A stretch of 64,000 nucleotides of DNA from Acidobacteriota bacterium (GTDB lineage Bacteria; Acidobacteriota; UBA890; WLXD01): the NCBI GenBank assembly GCA_965205505.1, contig CBDBHB010000009.1, positions 1,568,001-1,632,000 on the forward strand, in the 5' to 3' direction. The notes beneath the pieces are model-generated. The model worked only from the letters and a program-made list of their open reading frames with translations, searched no databases and was not told the DNA's origin. Below, piece by piece: positions 62,444-64,000 of this stretch; position 1 is the stretch's first letter, and every line of letters begins with the position of its first letter. The position numbers and the translations under genes were made by a program.

Positions 62444-62593
62444 CGCCGGGGCGGCAGTCGTACCCCGGACAATCAGCGCCGCCCCACACAGCGGCCTCGC
62501 TGGTCCCAACTGCGATAGAAAGCATCGGCGATGGGGCCTGCCCGCCGGGTGTAGACTCCGCCGGTCGCCCGACCCGCCGCAGAGGTACCGATC

Positions 62594-63127
62594 TTGAGCT
62601 TCGTTCGTCTAGTCGACGCGCTCAACGAGAGGATCGGCCGCGCCGTGTCCTGGCTCGTTCTCGCCATGGTGGTGATTGGGGCGTACAACGCGCTGGCGCG
62701 ATACGCGGGTCGCTGGATCGGCATCAACCTGAGCTCGAACTCGTACCTGGAAATGCAGTGGTACTTGTTCAGCCTGGTTTTCTTGCTCGGTGCTGCCTAC
62801 GCGCTCAAGCACGACGACCACGTTCGCGTCGACGTGCTGTACACACGTTTGTCGAAACGCGCCAAGCTGTGGGTTGACCTCGTCGGCACGATCGTCCTGA
62901 TGTTGCCGTTTGCGATCTTCTGTATCTGGGCGAGCATACCCACGGTGCTCAACTCCTGGTCGATTCGCGAGGCCTCACCCGATCCCGGGGGGCTACCGCG
63001 CTACCCCATCAAGATGATGATTCTGGTGGCGTTCGGGCTGCTGCTCCTGCAGGGGATGGCGGAAGTGATCCGCAAGGTCACGCTGCTACGCGGCGGGTCG
63101 CATTCCGAGCGCGGGGAAGACCAGTGA
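62594..63127 (+). CDS. dctQ: TRAP transporter small permease
   Basis: E.QWYL, GAAY.L....HVRVD, DPGGL. Confidence 0.88.
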   Translation: MSFVRLVDALNERIGRAVSWLVLAMVVIGAYNALARYAGRWIGINLSSNSYLEMQWYLFSLVFLLGAAYALKHDDHVRVDVLYTRLSKRAKLWVDLVGTIVLMLPFAIFCIWASIPTVLNSWSIREASPDPGGLPRYPIKMMILVAFGLLLLQGMAEVIRKVTLLRGGSHSERGEDQ

Positions 63128-64000
63128 CGGGTGACTCGCTCCCCATCCTGATGTTCGTCGTTCTGTTGCTGATGATCTTCACGGGCTTCCCGGTGGCATT
63201 CGCGATCGGCGGTACAGCCGTGATCTTCGCGTTCGTCGGAGTTGCAGCGGGTTACTTCGACTGGCCGCTCCTGCTGGCCATGCCGGAGCGCATCTTCGGC
63301 ATCATGTCCAACTTCGTGCTGTTGGCCGTGCCGTTCTTCATCTTCATGGGAACGGTGCTGGAGAAATCCGGGCTTGCCGAGGACCTGCTCAAGACCATCG
63401 GCAAGCTGTTCGGCCCGCTGCGCGGAGGGCTGGCCCTGGCGGCGGTATTCGTCGGTGCGCTGCTGGCGGCTGCGGTCGGGGTGGTAGGCGCATCAGTAGT
63501 GATGATGGGTCTGATATCGCTGCCCGTCATGTTGCACTATCGATACTCACCGGAGCTGTCGGCCGGGGTGATCGCGGCGTCCGGAACGCTCGGCCAGATC
63601 ATCCCGCCCAGCATCGTGCTCATCGTCCTCGCTGACCAGATGGGAATTTCCGTCGGGTCGCTATTTATCGGCGCTCTGCTGCCTGGCCTGTTGTTGGCGG
63701 GAATGTACGCGGCGTATGTTGTCGGCGTCGCCATCTTCAATCCGGCCGCCGTGCCTGCTTTGCCGCCCGAGGACCGCGAGCGGCTGGGCTGGCCGCTGCT
63801 GCGCAAAGTGGGCCTGGTATTGTTGCCGCCGTTGGCACTCATTCTGGTGGTTCTGGGAAGCGTGTTCGCAGGCATTGCCACCCCGACAGAGGCCGGCGCC
63901 TTGGGCGCGGTGGGGGCAATGACGCTTGCCTGGCTCAACGGGCGCCTGTCAATGACGGCAGTGCGACAAGCGCTCGACCACACCACCCGCCTGACGGCCA
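63124..64000 (+). CDS. dctM: TRAP transporter large permease (3' truncated by window edge)
   Basis: GFPVAF, LAVPFFIFMG, SGTLGQIIPPS, GIATPTEAG. Confidence 0.9.
   Translation, partial: MTGDSLPILMFVVLLLMIFTGFPVAFAIGGTAVIFAFVGVAAGYFDWPLLLAMPERIFGIMSNFVLLAVPFFIFMGTVLEKSGLAEDLLKTIGKLFGPLRGGLALAAVFVGALLAAAVGVVGASVVMMGLISLPVMLHYRYSPELSAGVIAASGTLGQIIPPSIVLIVLADQMGISVGSLFIGALLPGLLLAGMYAAYVVGVAIFNPAAVPALPPEDRERLGWPLLRKVGLVLLPPLALILVVLGSVFAGIATPTEAGALGAVGAMTLAWLNGRLSMTAVRQALDHTTRLTA

Overview
High-GC bacterial chromosome segment; the gene content suggests Acidobacteriota or a similar lineage, which is an inference. It is mostly housekeeping and accessory genes: a partial complex I cluster with a nuoE-nuoF fusion, apbE, yciH, guaA, peptidases, transporters and signalling proteins. 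Five regions stand out. (1) A ~455-nt intergenic, purine-rich sequence (15139-15601) folds into a closed large RNA, with a 15-bp 5'/3' stem plus U-tract and five repeated GCAA-tetraloop/GGAA-internal-loop arms; it matches no RNA class I recognise. (2) A DUF3179 gene has an in-frame UGA followed by a SECIS-like hairpin, so it is a probable selenoprotein. (3) An IS110/IS1111-type element sits in the end of a CTAG-bounded MITE, and its 3' non-coding end contains a readable bridge-RNA target loop matching that insertion site. (4) A ~10.6-kb phage-satellite (PICI-like) element splits a DUF1684 gene yet carries a vestigial tRNA-Pro 3' fragment. It also has arm repeats, ori iterons, a cos-like site, a PLD-like/small-terminase fusion and a tripartite toxin-antitoxin-X operon. 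(5) Several genes are decayed or frameshifted, and there are degenerate attC-like sites. All family calls are from motif recognition by eye, not database searches.
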